This document shows, one piece after another, positions 16,296 through 24,148 of a stretch of DNA of 24,148 bases. How positions within the stretch are numbered: the stretch's first letter is position 1; each line of letters opens with the position of its first letter. The position numbers and the translations under genes are program-made. The DNA lies in contig JBGQEL010000060.1 in NCBI GenBank assembly GCA_041496385.1, positions 1 to 24,148 of the forward strand. Reading direction: 5' to 3'. The stretch comes from Candidatus Methylomirabilia bacterium. Lineage in GTDB: Bacteria > Methylomirabilota > Methylomirabilia > Rokubacteriales > CSP1-6. The notes below the pieces were generated by a model, which saw nothing but the letters and a program-made list of their open reading frames with translations, did not search any database and had not been told where the DNA came from.

Positions 16296-16305
16296 AGCTT
16301 ATCAT
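16296..16305. promoter_or_regulatory. Overlapping divergent -10 elements for hemE (TAAGCT, minus) and the ThDP enzyme (TATCAT, plus)
   Basis: 25-bp AT-rich divergent gap; hexamers lie 7 and 8 nt before SD-less starts. Confidence 0.6.
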
Positions 16306-16313
16306 CTGGCCCC

Positions 16314-17984
16314 ATGGCATACATCTCCGGCAAGCAAGCGTTCCTCCAGATCCTGAAGCAGGAAGGCGTCTCCGTGATGTTCGGCAACCCGGGCACGACC
16401 GAGCTGCCGCTGATGGACGGCCTGGCGCGCGAGCCGGGCATCCACTACGTGCTGGCGCTGCAGGAGGCCGTCGCGATCGCGATGGCCGATGCCTACGCGC
16501 AGGCGAGCGGCGGCCTCGCGGCGGTGAACGTGCACGTCTCGCCCGGGCTCGGCAACGCGATGGGCATGCTCTACGACGCGAGCAAGTCGGGCGCGCCGAT
16601 GCTGCTGACCGCGGGCCAGCACGACCAGAGCTTCAACGTCACCGAGCCGATCCTCTGGTCGGATCTGCCGCCGATGGCGGCGCCGCTCGTGAAGTGGTCG
16701 ACCGAGGCGCGCCGGCTCGAGGATCTGCCGAGGATCGTCCACCGCGCGGTGAAGACCGCGTTCGCCCACCCCACCGGGCCCGTCTTCCTCTCGCTGCCGG
16801 TGGACGTGCTGAACGCCGAGCGCGACCTGGAGCTGGGCGCGCCGACGCGCGTGGCGCCCGGCATCGTCGGCGACCGCTCGGCGGTCGCGCGCGCGGCGGA
16901 GCTCCTCGCGAAGGCCGAGCGCCCGCTGATCATCGCGGGCGACGCGGTCGCCCACGGCGACGCGCTCGCCGAGCTGGCCGAGCTGGCCGAGCTGGTCGGC
17001 GCCCCCGTCATCACCGAAGGCGTGGCGAGCACGTGCAGCTTCCCGTTCACGCACCCGCTCTACGCGGGCTCCATGCCGCGCATCGGCCCGCCGATCCGCG
17101 CGCTGCTGATGCGTCACGACCTGCTCTTCTCGGTGGGCGGCGACCTCTTCACCCTCTCGTTGCCCGACGACGTCGACCCGATGCCGCCGGGGCTGACCGT
17201 CGTGCACCTCGACGTGAACCCCTGGGAGCTCGGCAAGAACTATCCGGCCGAGGTCGCGATCCTCGGCGAGCCCAAGGCGACGCTCCCCGAGATCTCCGAG
17301 GCGGTCCGCCGCGTCGCCGGGAAGAACGGCCACCCGCAGGCGGCCAAGCGCCGGGACGCGGTCACCGCCGCCTTCGCCGCCGAGCGCGCCGACCTGGCCA
17401 AGCGCGCCGAGGCGGACGCCGCGCGCGTGCCGATGTCACCGCTGACGCTCATGCACGAGGTCGCGAAGGCCACGCCCGCCGACGCCGTCATCGTCGACGA
17501 GGCAATCTCGTCCTCGCAGGGCATCCGTCACTTCTTCAAGTGCGCCGACGCGAAGAGCTTCTTCGGGCTGCGCGGCGGCGGGATCGGCTGGGGCCTGCCG
17601 GCGGCGCTCGGCGTCAAGCTCGCGTTGCCGAAGCGTCCGGTCGTCGCGCTGGTCGGCGACGGCAGTTCGATGTACACGAACCAGGCGCTCTGGACCGCGG
17701 CGCGCGAGTCGCTCGCCGTCGTCTACGTCATCTTCAACAATGCGTCCTATCGGATCCTCAAGCAGCGGACGAAGGCGCTGAAGGGCTTCTCGGCCGAGGA
17801 CGACCACTACGTCGCGATGGACCTCGACAAGCCGCTGATCGACTTCGTCGGCCTGGCCAAGGCGCTCGGCGTCCCGGGCGAGCGCGTGGAGAAGGCGCCC
17901 GACGTCGGGCGCGCGGTCGGCCGCGGACTCGCGAGCGGCGGACCGTATCTCGTCGACGTGCGTATCGACCCGTCGTTCACGTGA
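16314..17984 (+). CDS. Thiamine diphosphate-dependent enzyme (benzoylformate decarboxylase-like)
   Basis: Motifs FGNPGTTELP, LQEAVAIAMADAYAQ, NVHVSPGLGN, GPVFLSLP and the ThDP motif GDGSSMY...NN. Confidence 0.9.
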   Translation: MAYISGKQAFLQILKQEGVSVMFGNPGTTELPLMDGLAREPGIHYVLALQEAVAIAMADAYAQASGGLAAVNVHVSPGLGNAMGMLYDASKSGAPMLLTAGQHDQSFNVTEPILWSDLPPMAAPLVKWSTEARRLEDLPRIVHRAVKTAFAHPTGPVFLSLPVDVLNAERDLELGAPTRVAPGIVGDRSAVARAAELLAKAERPLIIAGDAVAHGDALAELAELAELVGAPVITEGVASTCSFPFTHPLYAGSMPRIGPPIRALLMRHDLLFSVGGDLFTLSLPDDVDPMPPGLTVVHLDVNPWELGKNYPAEVAILGEPKATLPEISEAVRRVAGKNGHPQAAKRRDAVTAAFAAERADLAKRAEADAARVPMSPLTLMHEVAKATPADAVIVDEAISSSQGIRHFFKCADAKSFFGLRGGGIGWGLPAALGVKLALPKRPVVALVGDGSSMYTNQALWTAARESLAVVYVIFNNASYRILKQRTKALKGFSAEDDHYVAMDLDKPLIDFVGLAKALGVPGERVEKAPDVGRAVGRGLASGGPYLVDVRIDPSFT

Positions 17985-18412
17985 CCGCGAGCCCGGACGG
18001 CGCGCCGGCGCGCCGGGAGTTCAAGCCGCCGGGGCCGCTGGCCGACCTGCTCGGCATCCGGCCGGAGCGCTTCGACGAGGGGACGGCGATCTTCGGCCTC
18101 ACGGTGCGCGAGGACCACAAGAACCCGTACGGCGCCGTCCACGGCGGGGTCGTCTACAGCCTCGTGGACACGGCGATGGGCGCCGCGCTCCACACCCGCC
18201 TGGCGGCCGGCGAGCAGTGCGCCACGATCGAGATCAAGATCAACTACCTGGCGCCGGTGGCCGAGGGCGCGCTGCGCGCCGAGGCGCACGTGGTGGAGCG
18301 CACGAAGCGCATCGGCGTCCTCGAGGCCCGTGTGCGGGGCGCCGGCGACCTGCTCGTCGCGCTCGCGACCGGAACGTTCTACATCCACCTTCAACGCGGA
18401 GGGTCCCCATGA
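17981..18412 (+). CDS. PaaI family hot-dog thioesterase, 143 aa
   Basis: C-terminal part of the 15272-18412 ORF; GTGA overlap; motifs HKNPYGAVHGGVVYSLVDTAMG and TIEIKINYLAP. Confidence 0.9.
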   Translation: MTASPDGAPARREFKPPGPLADLLGIRPERFDEGTAIFGLTVREDHKNPYGAVHGGVVYSLVDTAMGAALHTRLAAGEQCATIEIKINYLAPVAEGALRAEAHVVERTKRIGVLEARVRGAGDLLVALATGTFYIHLQRGGSP

Positions 18413-19494
18413 AACCGTTCACGCTGCCGCGCTGGCGCTTCACGAACTGCTGCGGACACGAGTGGGGCCATGCGATCGCGCCGCGCCGGGCCGACGCCCT
18501 GCCCGAGGGTGCCTCGCGCCGCGACTTCCTCCGGACCGCGGCCGCGGGTGTCGCCGGAGTCGCGGCGCTCGCCAGCCTGCCGGCGAAGGCCGCCGCGCAG
18601 GTGCGCGTCTTCCCGCCGCCGCCCCCGGCCGTGAGCCCGATCGAGGGCCTGATCGACTTCCACAACCACAACGCGCCAGACGTCTTCGGCCGCGCGGTGG
18701 ACGACGACGAGTCGGCGCAGCTCTACATGTCGCGCAAGATGGAGGCGATCGTCCTCAAGAACCACGTCGTGTCCACGGCGGACCGCGCGTGGCTGGTGCG
18801 CAAGCACAACCCGGGCGTCAAGGCGTTCGGCGGCATCGCGCTCAACGGACCGTCGGGCGGGATCAACGCGGAGGCCGTGCAGTGGATGTGGCGCATGCAG
18901 GGCGGCTACGGCCGCGTGGTGTGGCTGCCGACCTTCGACGCCGACAACCACGTGAAGCACTTCAAGGACGCGCCCGAGGGCATCAAGGTGGTCGGCGCCG
19001 ACGGCAAGGCGCTGCCCGCCCTCCGCGAGGTCCTCAAGGTCTGCGCCCAGCAGAAGCTCGTCCTCTGCACCGGCCACGCCTCGAAGACCGAGGTGCTGGC
19101 GATCGTCGAGGCCGCGCGCGACGCCGGCTGCGACCGGATCGTCGTCACGCACGCGGAGTTCGAGGTCGTCAACATGACGGTCGAGCAGATGAAGAAGGCG
19201 GCGGCGATGGGCGCGAAGATGGAGATCGACGCCATGGGGCCGCTGATGGGGCCGCAGGCGCACCTGCCCTGGATGCGCCACTGGCGTCAGGTGACGTACA
19301 AGGAGTCGGCGAGCCACGTCAAGGAGATCGGCGCCGAGCACTTCGTCCTCGGCACGGACCTCGGGCAGACCGGCAACCCGTCCCAGCCCGACGGGCTGGC
19401 GATGCTCGTGGCCGGGCTCACGGCCGAGGGCGTCACGAAGGAGCAGATCAAGACGATGGGTCGCGAGGTGCCGGGCAAGCTGTTGATGGGCTGA
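18409..19494 (+). CDS. Tat-exported amidohydrolase-fold protein (DUF6282-like)
   Basis: ATGA overlap and GGAGG SD; SRRDFL twin-arginine motif with AxA; metal motifs IDFHNH..PD, LKNH, VWLPT, TGH, VTH and GTDLGQ. Confidence 0.8.
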   Translation: MKPFTLPRWRFTNCCGHEWGHAIAPRRADALPEGASRRDFLRTAAAGVAGVAALASLPAKAAAQVRVFPPPPPAVSPIEGLIDFHNHNAPDVFGRAVDDDESAQLYMSRKMEAIVLKNHVVSTADRAWLVRKHNPGVKAFGGIALNGPSGGINAEAVQWMWRMQGGYGRVVWLPTFDADNHVKHFKDAPEGIKVVGADGKALPALREVLKVCAQQKLVLCTGHASKTEVLAIVEAARDAGCDRIVVTHAEFEVVNMTVEQMKKAAAMGAKMEIDAMGPLMGPQAHLPWMRHWRQVTYKESASHVKEIGAEHFVLGTDLGQTGNPSQPDGLAMLVAGLTAEGVTKEQIKTMGREVPGKLLMG

Positions 19495-19513
19495 ACGCGC
19501 GGAGGAGCGACGC

Positions 19514-20449
19514 ATGACGATGACGTTCGGGATCCACATCGGTCATATGGGCGGGCCGCTCGAGGAGATGCGCCGCCTCTGGCAGTTCGCCGACGCCAAC
19601 GGCTTCGACTGGTTCTCGGCGTCGGATCACTTCCAGGAATCGCCGCCGCAGGGCGGCGACCTGGACTGCTACGAGGCGACGACCATCATGGCCGCGGCCG
19701 CGCTCGAGACGCGGCGCGTGCGCGTGGGCTGCCTCGTCTTCTGCATCAACTACCGGAACCCGGGCGTCCTCGCCAAGGCGCTCACGACGATCGATCACCT
19801 GTCGGGCGGGCGCATCGAGTGTGGCATCGGCGCCGGCTGGCACCAGGCCGAGCACCGCGCCTTCGGCATCGGCTTCGACTCGATCGGCGTCCGCGAGGAC
19901 ATGCTGGAGGAGTACGCGCAGGTGCTGCGCAAGCTCTTCGAGCCCGACGAGACGGTGTCCAGCTTCAAGGGCGCGCACTTCCAGCTGAACGACGCGCGCA
20001 ACAACCCCAAGCCCCTGCGACGTCGTCTGCCCATCTGGATCGGCGGCCAGGGCGAGAAGCGGACGCTCAGGGCCGCGGCCCGGTACGCCGACGGCTGGAA
20101 CGCCCCGTACATCGGCCCGGACGTCTGGAAGCAGAAGAACGCGGTGCTCGACGACTGGTGCGCGAAGGTCGGCCGCGACCCCCGAGAGATCATCCGCACC
20201 GTCAACGTCGGCTTCTACCTGGGCGCCGATGCCAGGGGCGCCGCGCGCGCCGAGGCGATCTTCCAATCGCACTTCGGCAAGGACGCGCGCACCGGCTTCC
20301 TGCGCGGCACGCCCGCGCAGGCGGCCGAGCTGGTCGCGCGGTACCGCGACGCCGGGTGCCAGCGGATCAACATCGGCCTCCGCCAGGGTCCCTACGACTG
20401 GGACGCGCTCCGGGCGTACGCGGAGGAGGTCGTGGCGAAGGGCAGCTGA
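19514..20449 (+). CDS. LLM-class (luciferase-like) flavin/F420-dependent oxidoreductase
   Basis: GGAGGAG SD; motifs SDHF, YRNPGVLAK..TTIDHLSGGR, GIGAGW and PIWIGGQGEKRTLR.AARYADGWN. Confidence 0.92.
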   Translation: MTMTFGIHIGHMGGPLEEMRRLWQFADANGFDWFSASDHFQESPPQGGDLDCYEATTIMAAAALETRRVRVGCLVFCINYRNPGVLAKALTTIDHLSGGRIECGIGAGWHQAEHRAFGIGFDSIGVREDMLEEYAQVLRKLFEPDETVSSFKGAHFQLNDARNNPKPLRRRLPIWIGGQGEKRTLRAAARYADGWNAPYIGPDVWKQKNAVLDDWCAKVGRDPREIIRTVNVGFYLGADARGAARAEAIFQSHFGKDARTGFLRGTPAQAAELVARYRDAGCQRINIGLRQGPYDWDALRAYAEEVVAKGS

Positions 20450-20458
20450 GCCGGCGGA

Positions 20459-21586
20459 TCAGTCCTTCTCGAAGCCGGCGCCCGCACCCGCCGGGCGGTC
20501 CAGATCGTCGTCCCAGACCTCGAAGACGCAGCGGTCCAGGTAGGCCCTGACGTCCGCCCAGGCTGTGCCCGCCGCGTGCATGCCCCTGAGCGCCCGACCC
20601 ACGTCGACGACGCTGGGTGTCTGTGAGATGAGCTGCGCCTCGAACGCCCGGCGCGAGTCGGCCGTGTCGTGCTTCTCTCCGTCCTGCTGGTTGAACGAGT
20701 TGAAGGCCAGGACGCGCCCCGCCTTCTTGATCCGGGGATCGGCCGGACACGCCTCCCCCGTCGGCTCGTCCCGCGCGACGTGCCCCCTGGCGAAGCTGTC
20801 CTGGACGAGGTGCATGAGGCTGCCGAGCGCGACCTTGTCGACGCCCGATCGGTATTCGGGAACGCCCCGCGTGAAGAGATTCTCCACGCTGTAGCCCCTG
20901 GCGCCGAAGAGACGGGGAATCCCGGTCACGGGCACGTTCGACACGGCCAGGGCGGGAGCGATCTCGCCGCGCGCCGTCCGGTAGGCGAACTCGGCCCACA
21001 TCAGGATCCTGGCTTTCGTGTCGCCCATCGTCTCTCCGTCCCACGAGGCCATCGCGTGCAGGAACTGCATGTCGCCGAAGTGGACCCGGTAGAGGAGCGC
21101 GACGTCGGCACGGTGATCGAAGTGTCTCCCGCGCTGCGCCTCCTTGCTCGCGTGCGTGAACAGCGTGACCCAGCACTTCGAGTAGTTCGGCAGCCGGATG
21201 GTCGTGTTGACCGGGCAGTCCTTCGCGCCCGTGGCGGTCAGCGCAAACGGCGGGTTGTCGTTCCATTGCACGCCGAACAGCACCGCGGGCGGCGCGTGGC
21301 GGCCCAGCGGCACGGGGGCGAGGCACGCGTCCCCGTCGGCCGCGGCGGCGTCGCAGCCCCAGATCCGGTGGGTAATCTCCTCGTGGACCGCCGAGGTGAA
21401 GTGCCCGACCACCCAGCGGGCGACCGCGTCGAACAGGCTGTCCAGTCGACGCGCCTCGAGATAGCCGACCCGGTTCTCGGTCGCGGTCGCGTACGGTCGC
21501 AGCTTGAACGCGCGGGCGTCGGCAACGCCCCAGAGAGACGACGACGCGAGGCAGGCGGCGACGAGCCAGGCCTGACGCCGGGTCAT
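20459..21586 (-). CDS. Secreted hypothetical protein, possible Zn-dependent phospholipase C/P1 nuclease (Het-C-like) fold
   Basis: Signal peptide (MTRRQAW...ADARA); motifs HEEIT, WND, HFGDMQFLHAM, LGSLMHLVQDSFARGH and KHDTAD; several Cys. Confidence 0.65.
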   Translation of the reverse strand: MTRRQAWLVAACLASSSLWGVADARAFKLRPYATATENRVGYLEARRLDSLFDAVARWVVGHFTSAVHEEITHRIWGCDAAAADGDACLAPVPLGRHAPPAVLFGVQWNDNPPFALTATGAKDCPVNTTIRLPNYSKCWVTLFTHASKEAQRGRHFDHRADVALLYRVHFGDMQFLHAMASWDGETMGDTKARILMWAEFAYRTARGEIAPALAVSNVPVTGIPRLFGARGYSVENLFTRGVPEYRSGVDKVALGSLMHLVQDSFARGHVARDEPTGEACPADPRIKKAGRVLAFNSFNQQDGEKHDTADSRRAFEAQLISQTPSVVDVGRALRGMHAAGTAWADVRAYLDRCVFEVWDDDLDRPAGAGAGFEKD

Positions 21587-21596
21587 TCGACCGCGA

Positions 21597-21965
21597 CTAC
21601 GATTTCACGTTGAAGAACAGCTCCCGCGCCGCGAGGCGGCGTTGATCGATGCTCGCCCGTCCCGTGGCCACCAGGACGTAGAGCATGTTGAGCGCCGCCA
21701 GGGGCGAGCGCACCGCGCGCCGATTCTTCGAGCGCGTGTAGACGAGCCTCGCGGTGAGCGCCTTCCTCCCGCGAAGCCGTCGCGAGAGCCGATCCACGCC
21801 GGACTTGCTCACGAGGTTGAAGTTTCCCGCGTCGGGCTTGCTGCTGGAGACCGACATGACGAAGTACTGTTGCGGGCTGGACAGGACGTAGTAGTGCTGG
21901 CGCTTGCCCTGCACCTCTCCGTGGAAGGTCAGGCCGGTCGTCAGGCTCTTCACGCTCAGCTTCAT
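21597..21965 (-). CDS. Basic hypothetical protein, 122 aa
   Basis: GGGAGG SD; protein-like sequence; ends 10 nt upstream of the secreted protein gene. Confidence 0.75.
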   Translation of the reverse strand: MKLSVKSLTTGLTFHGEVQGKRQHYYVLSSPQQYFVMSVSSSKPDAGNFNLVSKSGVDRLSRRLRGRKALTARLVYTRSKNRRAVRSPLAALNMLYVLVATGRASIDQRRLAARELFFNVKS

Positions 21966-22034
21966 CGATCCTCCCGCGCTCGATGACGTGCGCTGCCCGT
22001 CGAGACGTACACGGTCAATGGTAGTCTCCTTCGG

Positions 22035-23300
22035 ATGCCTGGCTCAGCTTTTCCGTTGCGTGCGGTCGCCGCGCTCTTCCTCGAGCGCCAGCACCTCGCC
22101 CGCCCGCGCGCGGCCGGGCTGACCCCGCGGCGACTCGGCCGATTCGTCGAGGACGTGGGCGGGCTCCAGCTCGACTCGATCAACGTCCTCGATCGCGCGC
22201 ACTACCTGACGGTGTGGAGCCGCTTCGGTCCGTACGACCGCAGGCACCTGGACCGGCTCGTCTACCGCCGGCGGCTCCTGTTCGAGTACTGGGCGCACGC
22301 GGCCTGCCTCGTGCCGATCTCGACGCTGCCGTGGTGGCGGCGCGCCATGCTCGACTACCGCGGCCGGCACACCGGCTGGTCCGACTGGCTCCGCCGGAAC
22401 GCGACGGTGCTGCGCCGTGTGCGGGCGGCGGTCGAGGCGAACGGGCCCATGGGCAGCGCCGACTTCGAGGGGCGCCGCCCGTCCGGCGGCGGATGGTGGT
22501 CGTGGCGGCCCGTCCAGCACGCGCTCCACCATCTGTGGATGACCGGCGCGCTCGCCGTCCACTCGCGGCGCCACTTCCAGAAGCGCTTCGACCTCCTGGA
22601 GCGCGCGCTGCCCGGCGCGGTCGGCCTCGAGGCGGTCACGCCGGAAGAGTTCCAGCGCTGGCATCTCGAGCGCTCCCTCCACGCGATGGGCGCCGCGACC
22701 CCGACCGATCTGACCGGCTACCTGACCTTCCCGCGATTCCAGACGGGCGCGCGCCGGGCCGCGCTCTGCGCCATGCTCGGGCGCGGGGAGGTGGTCGAGA
22801 TCGAGGTGGCTGGTACCCGCGCGCCGTGGCTCGCGCTCGCCCGCGACCTGCCCGCCCTCGCCCGCGCCGCGCGGCGGCGGGCGCCCTCGCGCGGCACGAC
22901 CCTCCTGTCGCCCTTCGACTCGCTCCTGTGGTATCGCGACCGCGTCGCGCGCCTCTTCGACTTCGACTACCGGATCGAGGTCTACACGCCGGGACCCGAG
23001 CGCGTGCACGGCTACTACACGCTGCCGATCCTCCACGATGGCTCTCTCATCGGCCGCGTGGACGCGAAGGCGCACCGCGCGGAGGGGCGGCTGGAGGTGC
23101 GCCACGTCCACTTCGAGCCGTGCCTCGCGAAGGCAGGCCCGGCCGCAGAGCCGCGCGTCGATCGGGACGCGGCGCTCGCGGGTCTGGCCGGTGCACTGCG
23201 CTCGCTCGCCACCTTCGTGGGCGCAACCGACGTGACGCTCGCCCGCGTGACGCCGCGCCGCCTGCGCGCGCCACTGGCGCGAGCCCTGCACGGCGACTAG
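22035..23300 (+). CDS. ycaQ: YcaQ/AlkZ-like (HTH_42) interstrand-crosslink DNA glycosylase
   Basis: LQLDSINVLDRAHYL (QxD motif), LFEYWAHAACL, LLSPFDSLLWYR, FDFDYRIEVYTP, GYYTLPIL and IGRVDAK. Confidence 0.92.
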   Translation: MPGSAFPLRAVAALFLERQHLARPRAAGLTPRRLGRFVEDVGGLQLDSINVLDRAHYLTVWSRFGPYDRRHLDRLVYRRRLLFEYWAHAACLVPISTLPWWRRAMLDYRGRHTGWSDWLRRNATVLRRVRAAVEANGPMGSADFEGRRPSGGGWWSWRPVQHALHHLWMTGALAVHSRRHFQKRFDLLERALPGAVGLEAVTPEEFQRWHLERSLHAMGAATPTDLTGYLTFPRFQTGARRAALCAMLGRGEVVEIEVAGTRAPWLALARDLPALARAARRRAPSRGTTLLSPFDSLLWYRDRVARLFDFDYRIEVYTPGPERVHGYYTLPILHDGSLIGRVDAKAHRAEGRLEVRHVHFEPCLAKAGPAAEPRVDRDAALAGLAGALRSLATFVGATDVTLARVTPRRLRAPLARALHGD

Positions 23301-23387
23301 GCGGGACTTTCGGTCGCAGCGACCGGCCGTGGGCCAGCGACTTCATGAGCCAGGCCCGCAGGCCGAAGCGCGAGGAACCTCGCGCGC

Positions 23388-24148
23388 TCATGGCGACGCC
23401 TCCTGGGCGACGAGGAACTCGCGCGCGGCCGGGTCCTCGCTCAAGCCGATCGCCCGAGCGTAGGCCTCCTTCGCCTCGGCCGTGCGCCCGAGCGACTTCA
23501 AGAGATGCGCGCGGAGCGCCCAGTAGGGCTGGTAGCTCCCGATCGCGTCGGGCGGCAGCGCGTCGAGGGCCGTCAAGCCCGTCCCGGCGCCGCGGGCCTC
23601 GCCGAGCGCCGCCGCGTGGCCGACGCGCGCGCCGATGGTCGGCGCCCGGTGCAGCAGTCCTTCGTAGAGCAGCGCGATCGCCTCCCAGTCCGTGCGGCCC
23701 GTCACCGCGCGCCGCGCGTGCGCCGACTGGATCGCGGCCTCGAGCTGGAAGCGACCGAGCCGCCCGGCGCGCGCAGCGGAGGCCAGGATCTCCTCCGCCT
23801 CGTCGATCATCGGACGCGACCAGAGCGCGACGTCCTGGCGCGCGAGCGGTACGTAGCCGCCGCGCGCGTCGCGGCGCGCCGGGCGCCGGGCCTCGCAGTG
23901 GAGCATCAGCGCGAGCAGGCCCAGCGCCAGATCGCCTCCGCCGCGAGCCCGCGCCGTCGCGGATCGGCGCCGGCGACGTCCTCCCAGGCGCTGCCGTAAG
24001 CGGCGTAGATGGCCTCGATCACCGCCTCCAGCCGCTCGGGCAGGTCGTGCCGCTCGGGCAGCTCGAAGCGGATGCGCGCGTCGCGGATCTTCGCCTTCAC
24101 GCGCACGAGCCGCTGGCTCATCGCCGCCGGCGCCACGAGGAACGCGGA
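23388..24148 (-). pseudogene. ECF sigma factor with DUF6596/TPR extension (ECF42-like), 5' partial, frameshifted near 23927
   Basis: The upstream frame (AFLVAPAAMSQRLVRVKAKI...AEAIW) switches to a second frame (ALGLLALMLHCEARRPAR...YVPLARQD...GRFQLEAAIQSAH...YQPYWA). Confidence 0.8.

Noticed and set aside
16215..16441. Apparent head-to-head overlap of hemE and the ThDP gene in the ORF track
   Set aside because: It disappears with starts at 16288 and 16314, where recognisable family sequence and -10 boxes begin.
16968..16994. GCCGAGCTG x3 tandem repeat
   Set aside because: In-frame AELAELAEL helix at a position where ThDP enzymes normally have a similar helix; no sign of phase variation.
15272..18412. 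1046-aa plus-strand ORF
   Set aside because: R/A/G/P-rich shadow frame overlapping hemE and the ThDP gene; only the last 143 codons (PaaI) are real.
324..23999. Many long overlapping or antisense ORFs (e.g. 1957-3570, 5813-7369, 8557-10413, 11879-13726, 22044-23291)
   Set aside because: Expected from stop-codon scarcity at high GC; they show low-complexity composition and no family motifs.
1..24148. CRISPR arrays, tRNA/rRNA, IS elements, integrases, defence systems
   Set aside because: No repeat-spacer pattern, RNA-gene signature or transposase/recombinase motif was seen; intergenic gaps are short.

Overview
Very GC-rich, gene-dense bacterial chromosomal segment with about 26 CDS. I found no rRNA, tRNA, CRISPR array or mobile element. 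The gene style resembles Ca. Rokubacteria/Methylomirabilota, but that is an impression only. From left to right: a partial IlvD/Edd dehydratase; a dispersed peptidoglycan amino-sugar recycling locus (murQ, namZ, nagZ, a sodium:solute symporter and a BadF/BadG-type kinase) interleaved with envelope genes (glycine-zipper protein, small secreted protein, MlaC-like protein); a PHS-like APC permease; YbgA/RudS-like and CCG Fe-S proteins; hemE-hemH-hemY; an operon of ThDP enzyme, PaaI thioesterase, Tat amidohydrolase and LLM; a secreted Zn-PLC/P1-nuclease-like protein; a YcaQ glycosylase; and a frameshifted ECF42-like sigma factor. The most notable observations are: (1) two sigma-54 promoters with a shared TGTC-N8-GACACCG upstream site at almost identical spacing, each divergent from a recycling gene; (2) a PTS/AmpG-independent MurNAc salvage route built around an SSS transporter; (3) widespread apparent leaderless transcription. 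All family calls come from motif recognition by eye; no database searches were run.
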